DNA of 63,749 bases, filler included, from Craspedostauros australis (lineage: Eukaryota): assembly GCA_030167865.1 (NCBI GenBank). It is 6 parts of 6 records of this genome, joined end to end, with 100 filler letters (N's around TTAATTAATTAA, not from the genome) between each part and the next. Parts side by side here need not be neighbours in the genome. Positions count along the whole stretch, not along the records: positions 6,654 to 36,108 come from JALAGF010003495.1; 5 more parts are not named here. One strand, written 5' to 3'. Position 1 is the first letter of the stretch. Each line of letters begins with the position of its first letter. Of the stretch, positions 12,295 through 24,146 are shown one piece after another. The translations under genes were made by a program, and so were the position numbers. Under the pieces are notes generated by a model. It saw nothing but the letters and a program-made list of their open reading frames with translations, was not told where the DNA came from and ran no database searches.

Positions 12295-15200
12295 ATGCCG
12301 GCCGCACTGGGAATGATGCTGCTGAAGCCGCGGCAGGATGAGCCCATCAAGCAGCAGCACCAACAGCAGCAGCACCAACAACAACAACAACAACAACAGC
12401 AGAGCCAAGATGAAGAAACCTCACCAACGCCTCCACCGCGACAGCAGTTGGCTCTATCTATGGCATCACCTTCCACGGCAACCACAACCCTCTCCGCCCC
12501 ATCCTCGGATGAGGAGATTTCGCCGCCGCCACCGCCGCGGCGAACATTGCGCCGACAGGCATCGCCTTTACCGACCCATCTGCAACCGCCGAAACCGAAC
12601 TACCGGCCCAGCCAGGAGTCATCGCATCACCACCGCAGCATCGATGCCTTGGTGGATGGGCCGGTCATGCCCCTGTTGCGCAGAGTCTCCAATTTCACGG
12701 TCGGCAGTCACAGCATGTGCAGCATCTCCGATCATTCCAGAACTCATAACAACAACCAAGACAGCACTCAGAACGGCAACAACCAAGACAGCAACGCCAT
12801 GCCATCGCTTGCGCAGCAGCCCCAGGCTGCAGAAGACCAGGAAGGCAACGTCGTCGTCGTTGCCAACGATGGCCATGAGCATGAGCATGAGCAAGACAAC
12901 CCTGACGGCATTGACCACATCGACGAAGACACAGAACGGGAGGAATTCGCAAACGAATTCGTCTCAGCAGATGCCATCCTTCCTGACTTGGTTCTCGACG
13001 TTGGTGCCGACCTCGACATGGATGCGGATCGCGATGATGACAGCGAGAGCGACATCTCCGTTGAATTGAACGACACTTCCAGCCCAATGCCTGGACAGCA
13101 CGAGCACAACGATGACGACAATGATCACAGCAACCGCAATCGCAACGACCCAAACCGGTATTCCACAATCACAACGCAATCCGCGGACACTGTGCGGCAA
13201 GCATCGCTATCATCGTCGCAACGCGAAACGCCTGCTCCTCCAAACCCGCTCTTTCACATGTCGTTGGATGGATTCAACCTGACGGCGGGCGAGATTCGGG
13301 ATGAACCAACGCCGTCCGTACAAGCATCGATGAACACTGTGGCGGCGATCAAAGCGAGAAAGCGAAATTCGAAACCTTGGTTGGACGACATGGAGAATAG
13401 CGATTTGCCACAGCTCAAGGAACTAAAGCCGTTGCATCAGATGCAACCGCAATCACAGTCGGCAGTAGTAGCAAATCCAGCAACACCGACAACAGATGCA
13501 GACGCCAAGGCAGACGCAACCGCAGACGCAACCGCAGATATAAGTGCACCTTCACCCACACCTACCCCTGCGACGGCAATAGTGCCAATCGACCCACGCA
13601 AAATTACAGATGCTGGCGACGAACAGCTCCATCTCAGCAGCAACGACATGGACAACAACAGCTTCGCACCGTCGCAGATATATCCCCCCGATTCAACCGG
13701 ATCCGTCAAGGGCTTTGTGGATGATCTCATCAGCACCTGCCCCTCTGCCGCGCCATCGCATCCGCAATCCATCGCAACCGAACTGTCCGGCCAATCGCTC
13801 AACGTCCACATCGAGCAGGTCTACGACAAGGCCATCTACGATCCCGTCCTCAACATCAACGGGATCTACTCCGGAGAATGGGACGTCATGTCCAAGATGC
13901 CGCATGGCATGGGCATCCTCGTCTACGACAACAAGCGCGTCTTCCAAGGCAAGCTCCTCTTCGGACATCTGGTGCAGGGCAGCATGAAGTACGAGGATGG
14001 CAAATCGCAATACACGGGCCAATGGTACAATCAGGTGCCCGATGGGGCCGGCACCATGTACTACGGTTCCACGGGGCAGACCTTTTACGGCACATTCACA
14101 AACGGCCAGACGGATCAAGGCATCGTCCTGGAACCAGATGAAAAAGAGAAGGTTGAAAACAAGGATGACGAGAACGAAGAGGAAGACAAGGACAAGCCAA
14201 AGGAGAAACCAAAGACCAAAACCAAAGGCAGCAAGAAGCGAAAGGACAAAAAGTTGACTGGAGCCTCTGCGCACACGAATGATGGCAGCGCCATCCCCAA
14301 AGGCAGCCTGGGCGATGGTTCCATCGACACAATGACATCGTCCAAAAAGAAAAGGACCAAGAAGAAGAAAAAACCGACGAAGAAGAAAGCGGAGGCTGGA
14401 TCTGATTCCAGCAACCATGAGAATCACAGCAATGACAGCGGCAGCCAGATCCCGGCCGCATCCATGTCGTCCACATCCAAGAGGACGAAAAAGACGAAAC
14501 CCAGATCATCCGATGACAAGAAGAAGACCCGAAAGAAGCAGGTGTCGCCAATGGGAGACGCGAGACCTGCTGCTGGCAGCAGAGACAGGACCATTCCGCA
14601 ACAGCGCCGCAGACGACCGCGATCCACTTCCCGAGTCAGGAGGAAGGGAGAGTCGCAGCAGCGCCCTCACAAACCATCGGCGGCCAACAGGCACGTGCAG
14701 CACCACGACGAACGCAGAAACCAAAGACCACGGGAAAAGGTCAAACGAAGGACCAAATCGTCGTCACCTTCAGCAAGTCTGCGCCACAGATCCGGCGAGG
14801 CTGGTCACCGCACCCATCATCCCGATCGTCCGGGGCGCAGCCACAGACACCGCCCGGAGCATCGTCAACGTCCGCCATCATCCAATTCTCGTTCCGTTTC
14901 GCGTAGCAGACACAAAACCAGCAAGCGCAGTGAAGGTGGCCGATCGAAATCAGTCACTCGCGATGGCCATGCGTCTCCTTCTACCACCGCGTCTCGCACT
15001 CGACGAGGAAGACGATCTGCGTCTCCTGGACGGGCCATCCGTCATCACGTCAGCGACGAAAGCACGCAAACAACTTCTTCGTCCACGCACGCGTCCGGGT
15101 TGCCACGATTGAAGAAACGACGCTCGGAATCCGTGCCGCGCAAATTCTACAACATTGCGACCAATCCGTTCAGCATGAAGACATCGAATCACAGCAAGAC

Positions 15201-16233
15201 TTCGAATGCGGGCAGCGGAACGAACAGCAGCGCATCCACCAAACCGGCGGGCAACACAACGGCGTCGAAGAACCGCACGCGTAACGCAGTAACCGCGGTC
15301 GCCAATCGTGCGCGCGAAGTGCTCTTGGGGGCGTCATTGAAGCACACACCCAGTTCCAAAGCTGGCAAAAGCGATATGGCCACACGTGCCAGGGGCGCGC
15401 AGAGTAAATCACCCAAGCTGTTGACGTCGAAACATGATGGATCCATGCAGAAAAAGAAGTACGGTCCAGCCACCAAACCCAACTCGGCAAGATCTCGATC
15501 AACGGAACGGGAATCCAAAACACCGCGCAAAACAGATCACAACAGCAACAACAACAACAACAACAACAACAACAGCAGCAGTACGAGCAAAGACCTTGCT
15601 GTGTCGCCATACAATCACTCGTCCAAACACTACGATGACATCGTTTTGACGAATTCCTTCCAAACCGAGGAAAGCATGCACAACTCTGGCAATCTGTCAT
15701 TGCAGCGCCATCAATCCAATCTGACCGAACAGGAGGAACCCCGAGTCTTGCCTCGCAATGCCGGTTCGGTCTTTCAACGTACAACTGCGGCACCACCGCC
15801 GCCGCCAGCCGTAGTTGCATCTTCCAAACCGCAGTCGCCGTCACCGGTAGATACCAAGGTCTTCAAAAGCGGGCAAGGATCGACCACGCTATTTCAACTG
15901 AGCGACCACCACCCACGCACGGCGGCAGGCGCGCCACAGCCCGAATCACCACATACCAGCAACGGCGACGACACGACCATCAATCGTCAATACAAACGAT
16001 TGCAACGTGAGCGTGCCGCCATTGAAGCCGAGCTGAACAAATCGCCGCAGCACATCCGCGTTGTCTCCAACCAGGACCTGGAGGATCCTGATGACAAGGA
16101 TAACGCCATGAATTACATGGCAGGTATCAACATGAACAACCGACAATCGTGGATCGGTTTGGAGCTTGAATGCAGTGCGGATTTCGCGCAGGATGATGAA
16201 TTCAGTATGCTCGAGGATGTGTTTGAACCATGA
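12295..16233 (+). CDS. Large low-complexity protein with a central MORN-repeat cluster
   Basis: 1312-aa ORF. Repeats YSGEW...PHGMG, FQGKL...QG, YTGQWYNQVPDGAG and FYGTFTNGQTDQG. Poly-Q, poly-N and K/R/S-rich tracts. Confidence 0.8.
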   Translation: MPAALGMMLLKPRQDEPIKQQHQQQQHQQQQQQQQQSQDEETSPTPPPRQQLALSMASPSTATTTLSAPSSDEEISPPPPPRRTLRRQASPLPTHLQPPKPNYRPSQESSHHHRSIDALVDGPVMPLLRRVSNFTVGSHSMCSISDHSRTHNNNQDSTQNGNNQDSNAMPSLAQQPQAAEDQEGNVVVVANDGHEHEHEQDNPDGIDHIDEDTEREEFANEFVSADAILPDLVLDVGADLDMDADRDDDSESDISVELNDTSSPMPGQHEHNDDDNDHSNRNRNDPNRYSTITTQSADTVRQASLSSSQRETPAPPNPLFHMSLDGFNLTAGEIRDEPTPSVQASMNTVAAIKARKRNSKPWLDDMENSDLPQLKELKPLHQMQPQSQSAVVANPATPTTDADAKADATADATADISAPSPTPTPATAIVPIDPRKITDAGDEQLHLSSNDMDNNSFAPSQIYPPDSTGSVKGFVDDLISTCPSAAPSHPQSIATELSGQSLNVHIEQVYDKAIYDPVLNINGIYSGEWDVMSKMPHGMGILVYDNKRVFQGKLLFGHLVQGSMKYEDGKSQYTGQWYNQVPDGAGTMYYGSTGQTFYGTFTNGQTDQGIVLEPDEKEKVENKDDENEEEDKDKPKEKPKTKTKGSKKRKDKKLTGASAHTNDGSAIPKGSLGDGSIDTMTSSKKKRTKKKKKPTKKKAEAGSDSSNHENHSNDSGSQIPAASMSSTSKRTKKTKPRSSDDKKKTRKKQVSPMGDARPAAGSRDRTIPQQRRRRPRSTSRVRRKGESQQRPHKPSAANRHVQHHDERRNQRPREKVKRRTKSSSPSASLRHRSGEAGHRTHHPDRPGRSHRHRPEHRQRPPSSNSRSVSRSRHKTSKRSEGGRSKSVTRDGHASPSTTASRTRRGRRSASPGRAIRHHVSDESTQTTSSSTHASGLPRLKKRRSESVPRKFYNIATNPFSMKTSNHSKTSNAGSGTNSSASTKPAGNTTASKNRTRNAVTAVANRAREVLLGASLKHTPSSKAGKSDMATRARGAQSKSPKLLTSKHDGSMQKKKYGPATKPNSARSRSTERESKTPRKTDHNSNNNNNNNNNSSSTSKDLAVSPYNHSSKHYDDIVLTNSFQTEESMHNSGNLSLQRHQSNLTEQEEPRVLPRNAGSVFQRTTAAPPPPPAVVASSKPQSPSPVDTKVFKSGQGSTTLFQLSDHHPRTAAGAPQPESPHTSNGDDTTINRQYKRLQRERAAIEAELNKSPQHIRVVSNQDLEDPDDKDNAMNYMAGINMNNRQSWIGLELECSADFAQDDEFSMLEDVFEP

Positions 16234-16352
16234 GCGTGCGCCAGCGAGTGTGCGTGTGCAACACAAACACGATAAAACAACAAATAGAGAAAAATGAATA
16301 GAGCAGACCAATATCTGCCTTGTTACTCCATGGGATTGCATGCTTATTATCA

Positions 16353-16706
16353 TCATTGTACTTCAGCGCAACGCTGTTGCTCGTCCTGGAAAGTCTGGAA
16401 CAAGCGATCGACCAGCGCCTCCATGTCATCATCATGCTTCGAAGTTGGTTGTACCCCAGGCGCATTGCCTGACTCCCTCATCGCATCTTCGCGCGCATCA
16501 TTTCGCACCAACATCCTGGCCCATGACTTGGTTGGCAGGGCCTGCGCCTGCTGCTGCTTGCGAGCCTGCTGTGCGAAGAACGCCGCTGCGGCGTCATCCG
16601 GATCTTCCATTGCCGCAGGCTCATCCTGCACCACTGTGCCGTTGCGTTCGTTGTCAATCGCTGATTGCAATGCGACGCTCGCGTCACGCAGCGCTTGCAA
16701 TGCCAT
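16353..16706 (-). CDS. Small hypothetical protein
   Basis: ORF from MALQALRD with helical composition, convergent with the MORN gene. Confidence 0.4.
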   Translation of the reverse strand: MALQALRDASVALQSAIDNERNGTVVQDEPAAMEDPDDAAAAFFAQQARKQQQAQALPTKSWARMLVRNDAREDAMRESGNAPGVQPTSKHDDDMEALVDRLFQTFQDEQQRCAEVQ

Positions 16707-17383
16707 GATGTGATTCCTATATCCTCTGGGGAAAGTGCTCAATTGGAAGTTGCCGCAGTCGCAACTCTGCTCTTCTGTTCTTGTGCACGCACTCAATCTC
16801 ACGCTTACACTCGCTGTGACAATAGCCTCTCCTTTCGCACGCACAAGATCGTGATGGATTCGATGAGTTGATGGCAATATAAAAGGTGCGGCGATATACA
16901 ACATTCTATATTTATGGCGTTGGAGGATTGAAACCAGAAAACAGGATTAATGTCAATCGTGACCAAATGAGTCACATCAACAATAAATACATTCTTATCG
17001 ATTATTTGAACCAGATCCCTTTGTCCGTGGATGCGAAGGAAGAAATTCTGTGTGGGATCTTCACGATGATTCTGTTTTCGGGTGCGCTGCAACATCTTTC
17101 TCAACACGTTCCCACCCCTCCTCAGCATGGAGCTTACCAATATCCACGATCTGCGAGTCAGCGAACACAACACCTCATGCGGGGAGTGTCGCCGCTATCG
17201 AGAGCTCCAGCTTTGGATCTGCCTTCTTCGCCCACGACTTCTTCGCACAGAATTCAGCACCGTGACATCGCCTGTCCTCGTCTTCTGTACGGATCTTCGC
17301 GACATCGCCGACCTGGCCGGGCTGACCTTCAACTGCATCACATTCTTCACAAATTCATTCTGTGTTAACCAGGCAAAGAAGCC

Positions 17384-19057
17384 ATGAAGCTCAGCTCGGT
17401 TCCTTCTTTGCTGGTGCTCTTTGCGCCAACGATCGTGGCATCGAGCTTCCGTGGCGATGGCATCACATCCCCGCTTCGTGCTATCGACGGTGCAGACCAT
17501 CTGCAACAGCCGCAACCTGAACAAGCAACGGATGGAATCCATCGACGACAGCCACAATCTTCAAGGACCCTGAACGATGTCACCAGCGCAAGCAGCAACC
17601 AGATCGAGATGCAACCGTACTTCGACGAGATCGACTTGCGAGATCCCGACTGGAGGAAACGGATGTTCGACACGCTCGTTCGCCACAGGCTCTGCTTCCG
17701 GGGAACAATTGAGGACATCATGCGCTGGTGTGGAAAAGACTGTTGCGTCGGAAACAACGCATGCCATGTCAAGCATGATGGGAACGACAGCGCGGCAGGC
17801 GTCAAGAAAGAGTACTCCATCTGCAAGAACACGTGTAAGGGTGATTCCTCGTAAGTGTTAAACGGCTGTGCGATTCAATCGTGCATCTGCGAGAGGCTGA
17901 CATCGGTGTTGTTGTTGTTGTTGCTGTTGCTGTTGCTGTTCTCATGGAGAGAACAAGAAGGAGCAACCCCGCATGGCCAGCATCGCGCGCTCATGTGATG
18001 TCGATGTTCGGGTGCGGCTGCGAAATACTCGAGGGATATTATTTCTCTTCTGCTCCCTCCATCCTTTTGCCCTTTCCATCGCCATTGCCATCGCCAACGG
18101 TCACCAACCAACAACGCGACATCGTCAGACAAGTTTGGGTCCATCCAACTTTCGCCTCTTTCCTACTATTTGTTCTCAACCGCTCACTCTCTCACACATG
18201 CTCCCTACCCGCTCTATCATGTCAACAACCACAACCCCGACGACAACAGATGCTCTGACATTCTTGGATCGATACCGATCTTTCCCAACACCTGCATCGG
18301 CGATCGCTCCTGCGAGCTCTTCGTCCCATCCAGCTACGGCCTCGGACCCAACGCTTGCATCGGCGAGGAGGCATGCGCGGCTTCCGCCTTCCACTTCGAA
18401 TTCCACACGGCTCGCGGTGCCTGCGTCGGCGCGCAGGCGTGTCATCAGCTGTACTCCTGGGAGGATCGCACTGTGGCCATCGCCGATGGCTCCTGCATGG
18501 GAGACAACGCCTGCATCCGACTCGGCGAAGAGACCAGAAACGACGTTCTCATCGGCGAATTGAGCTGCATTGGGAGACGCGCCTGCTCCGGCCTTGGACG
18601 CTCCGCTTCCTCTGTCACGATCGGGGACGGCAGCTGCGTCGGCGAACAAGCGTGCTGGGATTTGGGAGAGAGTTCCAACGGAGACGTGATTGTCAACGAT
18701 GGCTTGTGCAACGAAAAGAATATCTGCAACGAGATGCACCTGCACTGCGGCATCGAGGGGTGCCGATCAAGCGACAGGGTGGGAGTCCAAATCGACGGCA
18801 ACGAATGCTGCAAGCAATTGCCGAGCTTGCCTCCGAACAGCAGGTCGTACTCGCCGCTCATGGCATGCGCTCTGGTGGGCGGTTCGTTGTTCCTGATCCT
18901 ATCCATGGCGTTCAAGCGTAGATTCGCCAAGACGGCAGGCATCTTCAGACACGTCCAGGAAGGAGAGAGGGGAGGGTTCGAGTTGCGACAGTACGTGCAG
19001 ATCGAGAGCAACGACGATTTGCATCATCCCAACACAGACTCCACCTCCGGAGAGTAA
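17384..19057 (+). CDS. Type I membrane / cell-surface protein with Cys-Gly-rich repeats; exons 17384-17850 and 18250-19057
   Basis: Signal peptide MKLSSVPSLLVLFAPTIVASS. In-frame intron gtaagt...caacag. Repeated (S/A)CxGxxAC units. TM segment LMACALVGGSLFLILSMAF followed by KRR. Confidence 0.8.
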
Positions 19058-19793
19058 CTCCAAACGAATGCGCGTGCAACGAGACAGCAGAAGCAGAGAG
19101 GGAAAGGCACAGAAGCGCGATGGGCCTTTCCCATTGTACCATACCATGGTCTATTGAACTCCATAGCAGATCCATAATGACTGACCACCAACGCGAGCTA
19201 CGCGTGCGAGTATCATGCAAGCACTCGTGTGTATCCCCACCCTCGCGCACATGTCATGCATGTAGAAGAACAAGAGGATAATCCATCATCCCCATACAAA
19301 CCCATCCTGCTCAAGCAGGAATGGTGTGAAATTGACACACACATCAGTCAACCCAGGTTCCGTGTTCATTGTTGTCCACAGAAGAGCGATGGCATGAGGC
19401 GGGAAGCAAAGTGCCCAGGCCATCACCCCATTCGGTGTGTGCGCGCTTTCTATCATCGCAGATGCCCCTTGCGCATCTGCTTTGTGTTGAGACATGCCAA
19501 GTATTACAACATCTATACTCCTAAGTTGACATCTAGCTTTGTAGCAAGAACAAACACGTATGGGCCGCTTCCGGTCTGACCTTCACCACGGATATCTTTG
19601 AAACCAACACAGAGAATCCGACCACCCAACTTTGTCCGATGCGTCGCAACACCCACGAGGCATCTCCCATCGCGATCTTCGGATGGCAATTGCGCAGTTT
19701 GACAACAATGATGAAAGACCCCCGCCGTGCTTACGACAAACACCACCAATCGTGTATTATACGTTCCTTCCATTTCATTCACAAACCTCCACC

Positions 19794-21938
19794 ATGACAG
19801 CCGCTTCCACGGCGACACCCACGGAACCGACGAAGAAACGTCGACGCAATGGCCCCAACCGAATGCGACCCGACGCAAGGATCGTGATTTGCGGCGGCGG
19901 ACTGGCTGGATTGGCTGCGGCGCTGGCCTTGGAGCGTGCTGGATTCACGGACATCACCATCATCGAGCGCGATGAATCCTTCGACGTGCAGAAGGAAGGA
20001 TACGGATTGACGCTGTCGTATCAATACCCGAAGGGACCGCTGGCCAAGTTGGGGTTGATGGAGCGCGTTGCGCAGCAGGATTGTCCGAGCCGGGCACATT
20101 ACGTGTTCGACAGCAGCGGCAAGGTTCTGGGCTACTTCGGCAACGCCTTCCTCGAGGGTCGCGGATGCGGACAGCGCGGGAATCTGCGCGTGCCACGCAA
20201 GGTGCTGCGTCGGATTCTGCTGGACGCGTTGCAAGTCACGCGGATCATGTGGGGACATCGGTTGGTGGAATGGCAACGATCCAAGAAGGTGCAGAAGAGC
20301 GACACTCCTGCTTCTGTCGGCACGAAGGACGCCAAGTCTCAATCCACGAACTGTTACAATTTGACGCTCATGAACATGAATGAGCGAGAAACATCAGAAA
20401 CAGGCCGGCAAGGGAGCCAACGGTTCGAAGTCAGAGATGTTGATCTGTTAGTGGCGGCGGATGGTATCCGAAGCGGCATCGTCCAGGCACTGTACGAACG
20501 GCATTTCAAGCCAAAGTATGCGCCGCCGCCACCATCGTCAAAATCAACCACGGTAGCACCAGCGACGTCAATATTAGCAGCGCCAACGACACTTTCATCA
20601 ATACCAACGACAAACCTGACAGAAATGACGCATGCGGCAGCTGCTGGACTGTCGCACATGGGCGTGCGGTTGGTCTATGGACTGGCCAACTTCGAGCACC
20701 CTTTGCTGGACGAGCGTGGGTTTTACAGTCTGGATGGCACGCACAGGTTATTCACGATGCCGTTCGAATCCAATCAATTTGAATTTGCAAGCAGCAGCAC
20801 GGATGCTCCTGCCTATGGTCCTTCCGATGGTGATCATGCCGACGGCGATCGTGCCGACGGCGACGATGGACGGCAGGAGAGCAAAAGAGAGAATCGTCAT
20901 CAAGCGAAGCGCAATCGCATCATGTGGCAGCTCTCCTTCCGAACAACAGCGGAAGAGCAGACGATGTCATTGCAACCCGATGATTTGCTCCGGGATGTGC
21001 TGAAGCGAACGGCAGATTGGCACAACCCTGTGCAAGCAATGATACGCCGCACACCAATCGAAACCGTTTGGGGCACTGACCTGCAGGATCGCGACCCCGC
21101 GGAAGTTCAGAGGCTCATCCTCAATCACAATTACCAACGGCTAGTGGTGATCGGGGACGCGATTCACAGCATGTCTCCGTTCAAGGGACAGGGCGCCAAC
21201 CAAGCGCTGCAGGATGGGCCGCTGCTTGCGCACTGGTTGCACCGCGCGTCACCAGAGGCGGCCGTCCGCAACACCAATCGCGAGATTGTGCAACGCACAG
21301 CGCCGGTGGTACGTGCGTCGCGCCAAGCAGCGAAGGAACTGCATTCGCCGACGGTGCTGTGCCAGTCCACCGCGCCAGAAGCCCACAGCTGGTTCGCCGG
21401 CGTGAAGGAGGAGCATGCATCACAGTTCTTGAGCACGTTGGAGGAACGATGCGTTACGGCAGCCTTGGGCGGGAAATTGGATGCCAACATCCAAAAGGTG
21501 ATCGACGAATTGGACGTTGGGAGCGGAGGCGTTGTGCAATCGAAGGCTTCATCCGGCAATGGATGCGATACGGGGACAGAGAAACAACTTCTGAAACATC
21601 GCGAGGAGGAAGCACTCGCTTTGGAGTACTGCGAAAACAATGACATTCAAAGCCTGAGGTTGCTGTCGTTGCAACAGGGTGGTTCGGAACGTATCCGAAC
21701 AGCTGGATCTTGCCGCGAGCACTCGCAGCAACAACAGCAGCGTTGCGTTCATGTCGCATCGAGGAAAGGCTTCGTCATGCTGCTGAAATGGTTGGTGCGC
21801 GAAGTCCGTTGCCCGTTGGACGTTGTTGACGATCAACAGCGAACTGCATTGGACGTAGCATGCAATGACGACACGAGAGCCATGATACTGAGACTACAGT
21901 CACTGGAAGAGGAGCGAAACCGCGCGAACGATTTGTAG
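19794..21938 (+). CDS. FAD-dependent monooxygenase (class A flavoprotein hydroxylase family) with a C-terminal ankyrin-like repeat
   Basis: ICGGGLAG, AADGIRS and IGDAIHSMSPFKGQGANQALQD motifs. C-terminal CVHVASRKG...LLKWLV...RTALDVA. Confidence 0.9.
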   Translation: MTAASTATPTEPTKKRRRNGPNRMRPDARIVICGGGLAGLAAALALERAGFTDITIIERDESFDVQKEGYGLTLSYQYPKGPLAKLGLMERVAQQDCPSRAHYVFDSSGKVLGYFGNAFLEGRGCGQRGNLRVPRKVLRRILLDALQVTRIMWGHRLVEWQRSKKVQKSDTPASVGTKDAKSQSTNCYNLTLMNMNERETSETGRQGSQRFEVRDVDLLVAADGIRSGIVQALYERHFKPKYAPPPPSSKSTTVAPATSILAAPTTLSSIPTTNLTEMTHAAAAGLSHMGVRLVYGLANFEHPLLDERGFYSLDGTHRLFTMPFESNQFEFASSSTDAPAYGPSDGDHADGDRADGDDGRQESKRENRHQAKRNRIMWQLSFRTTAEEQTMSLQPDDLLRDVLKRTADWHNPVQAMIRRTPIETVWGTDLQDRDPAEVQRLILNHNYQRLVVIGDAIHSMSPFKGQGANQALQDGPLLAHWLHRASPEAAVRNTNREIVQRTAPVVRASRQAAKELHSPTVLCQSTAPEAHSWFAGVKEEHASQFLSTLEERCVTAALGGKLDANIQKVIDELDVGSGGVVQSKASSGNGCDTGTEKQLLKHREEEALALEYCENNDIQSLRLLSLQQGGSERIRTAGSCREHSQQQQQRCVHVASRKGFVMLLKWLVREVRCPLDVVDDQQRTALDVACNDDTRAMILRLQSLEEERNRANDL

Positions 21939-22077
21939 AATGGCCCATCCTATTAGACTCGTCTGCTCGATCTGAAAGCGTTGAATCGTTTGCAGAGCGG
22001 TGTGGACATTGTTGCTCATGCTATGTATCCCTACTTATTCGTGCATACTCTAGGCTATTCCCACTTAATGCGCTGCG

Positions 22078-23214
22078 TTAGTACTTGCGTGGAGAATCGT
22101 GCTGATGGTGTGTCATCGGAGTCACCGGGGTGTGGCTCCCATGCACATTTTCGATGACGACTTCGGCTTCTGGGATAACGGCGACAGCTTCGTCGTCGAT
22201 GGTGTACCGCTGCTGCTGATGTCCTTGATCGAAATTCTGCTGATGGTGATGTTGATTGTGAGTGTTCTCGTTTGCAACGTACTCGTAGGAATTGTTCTGC
22301 GGGCTTGGTTCATGATACCGCGTTCCCTTCGGTGCGCTGGTACCGCCCATCTCAGCATCCTGAATGACTTCGCTTGGCTCGGCGTGGCGATCATCGTCAT
22401 CTCCGTTGGGCTCGGATCCGCAGCACAAGAAGAAGGAGCGCTCGGGGTACTTGCAGTGGGAACGGGAGATGGAACGGATGGCGTGGCAGGTGACGCGGAT
22501 GCATTGGTGCTGATAGTTGGCCGTCCAGACGCCGCCAAAGCACACGACGAAGAACCATCCTGTGGCTGCGGTTATTTCGCCGGCAGCGACGGAGATGAGC
22601 AGCGCCATGGAATCGATGGCTGCCGAAACCTGATAGAATGCCATGAGGAGGTTGTAGAAGAAGGCTGTGGCTGGGCCTGGGGGATTGCAAGGCCTCGCCA
22701 AGTTGTACAGGACCATGCTGAAGATATACGGAATGAGGGATAGGGCCTCAGCGAGGACAACCCCGAACACGGCAAACGACCAAACAAAGATGCCGACGAA
22801 GACGACGACCGGCGAGCATTGGAGCAGCGGGTGTGGGAGCTTCGGTTGATAAGATTGATTCGATCCGGCTCCTTCGCCGTGTTCGTTGTGGTGATCGACG
22901 GTCACCTCCACCGCGGTGGCGGATGGAAGTCTGGTCTTCTCGGACTCGTAGATCGTCCACCACGGGTTGCCAGGGATGAGGAAGCGCCGATCGATTGTCA
23001 CATCCGCATTCTCTGGATGCAGCGTTGCGATCCAGCTCACGTAGTCGCTGGAACGGCCGGTGTTGTGAACGACGTGGTTCCGGAGGTGGGATCTGACGAT
23101 GTTGCGACCCTCCTGACGCGCGGCCTCTGCGCGCTCGTGCGGATCAGCCAGGGACTCGTCGGTGGTCACGGTCTGGGTGTGATGGGTGTTCTGGAGCACT
23201 GGTGGCGATCTCAT
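22078..23214 (-). CDS. Hypothetical multi-pass membrane protein
   Basis: About 378-aa ORF with several hydrophobic helices in the middle. Confidence 0.7.
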   Translation of the reverse strand: MRSPPVLQNTHHTQTVTTDESLADPHERAEAARQEGRNIVRSHLRNHVVHNTGRSSDYVSWIATLHPENADVTIDRRFLIPGNPWWTIYESEKTRLPSATAVEVTVDHHNEHGEGAGSNQSYQPKLPHPLLQCSPVVVFVGIFVWSFAVFGVVLAEALSLIPYIFSMVLYNLARPCNPPGPATAFFYNLLMAFYQVSAAIDSMALLISVAAGEITAATGWFFVVCFGGVWTANYQHQCIRVTCHAIRSISRSHCKYPERSFFLCCGSEPNGDDDDRHAEPSEVIQDAEMGGTSAPKGTRYHEPSPQNNSYEYVANENTHNQHHHQQNFDQGHQQQRYTIDDEAVAVIPEAEVVIENVHGSHTPVTPMTHHQHDSPRKY

Positions 23215-24146
23215 CTTTGTCTGTCGTCGTTGTCGTCTTGTTTGTCGTAGCTGCGTTGTATGGTCCGAATGGGTCCCCGGAGTGTCGAGATTCAAACGAA
23301 GCGGACACTAATCGTCACGGTTGTTGTACTCGTCTTGTTGCAATTGCCGTGGCTGATAGAATCAGTGTGCGGCTGTGATGTACTTGTGCAATGGAGAGAG
23401 GGGAACTTGAATTGTGAGAACAAGTTGGTTGTTGCTTTCCTTCCATGGTTCTGGTTGGGCCTCGGTTGTTTGGTCTTGGTGGGCGTCGCTGAGCACCTTC
23501 AGCAAACGCACACTCATCGCTCTCTTTGTGGATTGTGTCACCAAACGCGACGTGGTTGCACCCCGAGATTTGGCGCCACGATTTGGCTGATGGTTCGCGT
23601 CTTTTCGCTTGGAATTGTTCCTGATGCATCTCACGACTCGTCGCGCTTGTTAAACACGAGCCGAGGGCATGGTTTCATCATGGATACGATCTGCGGTGGA
23701 TGCTCCTGTCTGGCTTAGCATCTCAGTCTTCCATCAGTAGTATTATGACCACAGCAAAACTTACTCCCGCAGGTTTAATGTAGCAGCGCGTGTACAGGCT
23801 ATCATACTCGTATGTAGGTACGAGCTTGGAGAGACTGGAATGTTCACGCAGCTCGCCGAGATGTTGCTTTGGGACTTGTAGCTAGCCACGAGAAATGCGA
23901 TTGTAGATTGAATCGTACTTGCAGAGCACCACGCTTCCATCAAGGAGAGAGCACTTGCGGCATTGCGTCGTCCGAAGCAAGGTGGCTTGCGCTCCCGCAG
24001 CCCCGCGCCCATTTGCGACTAACTCCCGTTTGCAATCAATGTTGCTGGCGAAGTCTGTGCTTGCGTTGTCGCTACTCGCTACTCAACAGGCCACACGAGC
24101 GCCGGGCGCAACCTCCTCATTCACTGCGACGTTCCCGTATTCGCTC

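Noticed and set aside
12338..15844. Numerous overlapping and antisense ORFs inside long genes (also 4302-6404, 18176-19011, 29224-34878)
   Set aside because: Shadow frames of GC-rich coding sequence with no independent motifs.
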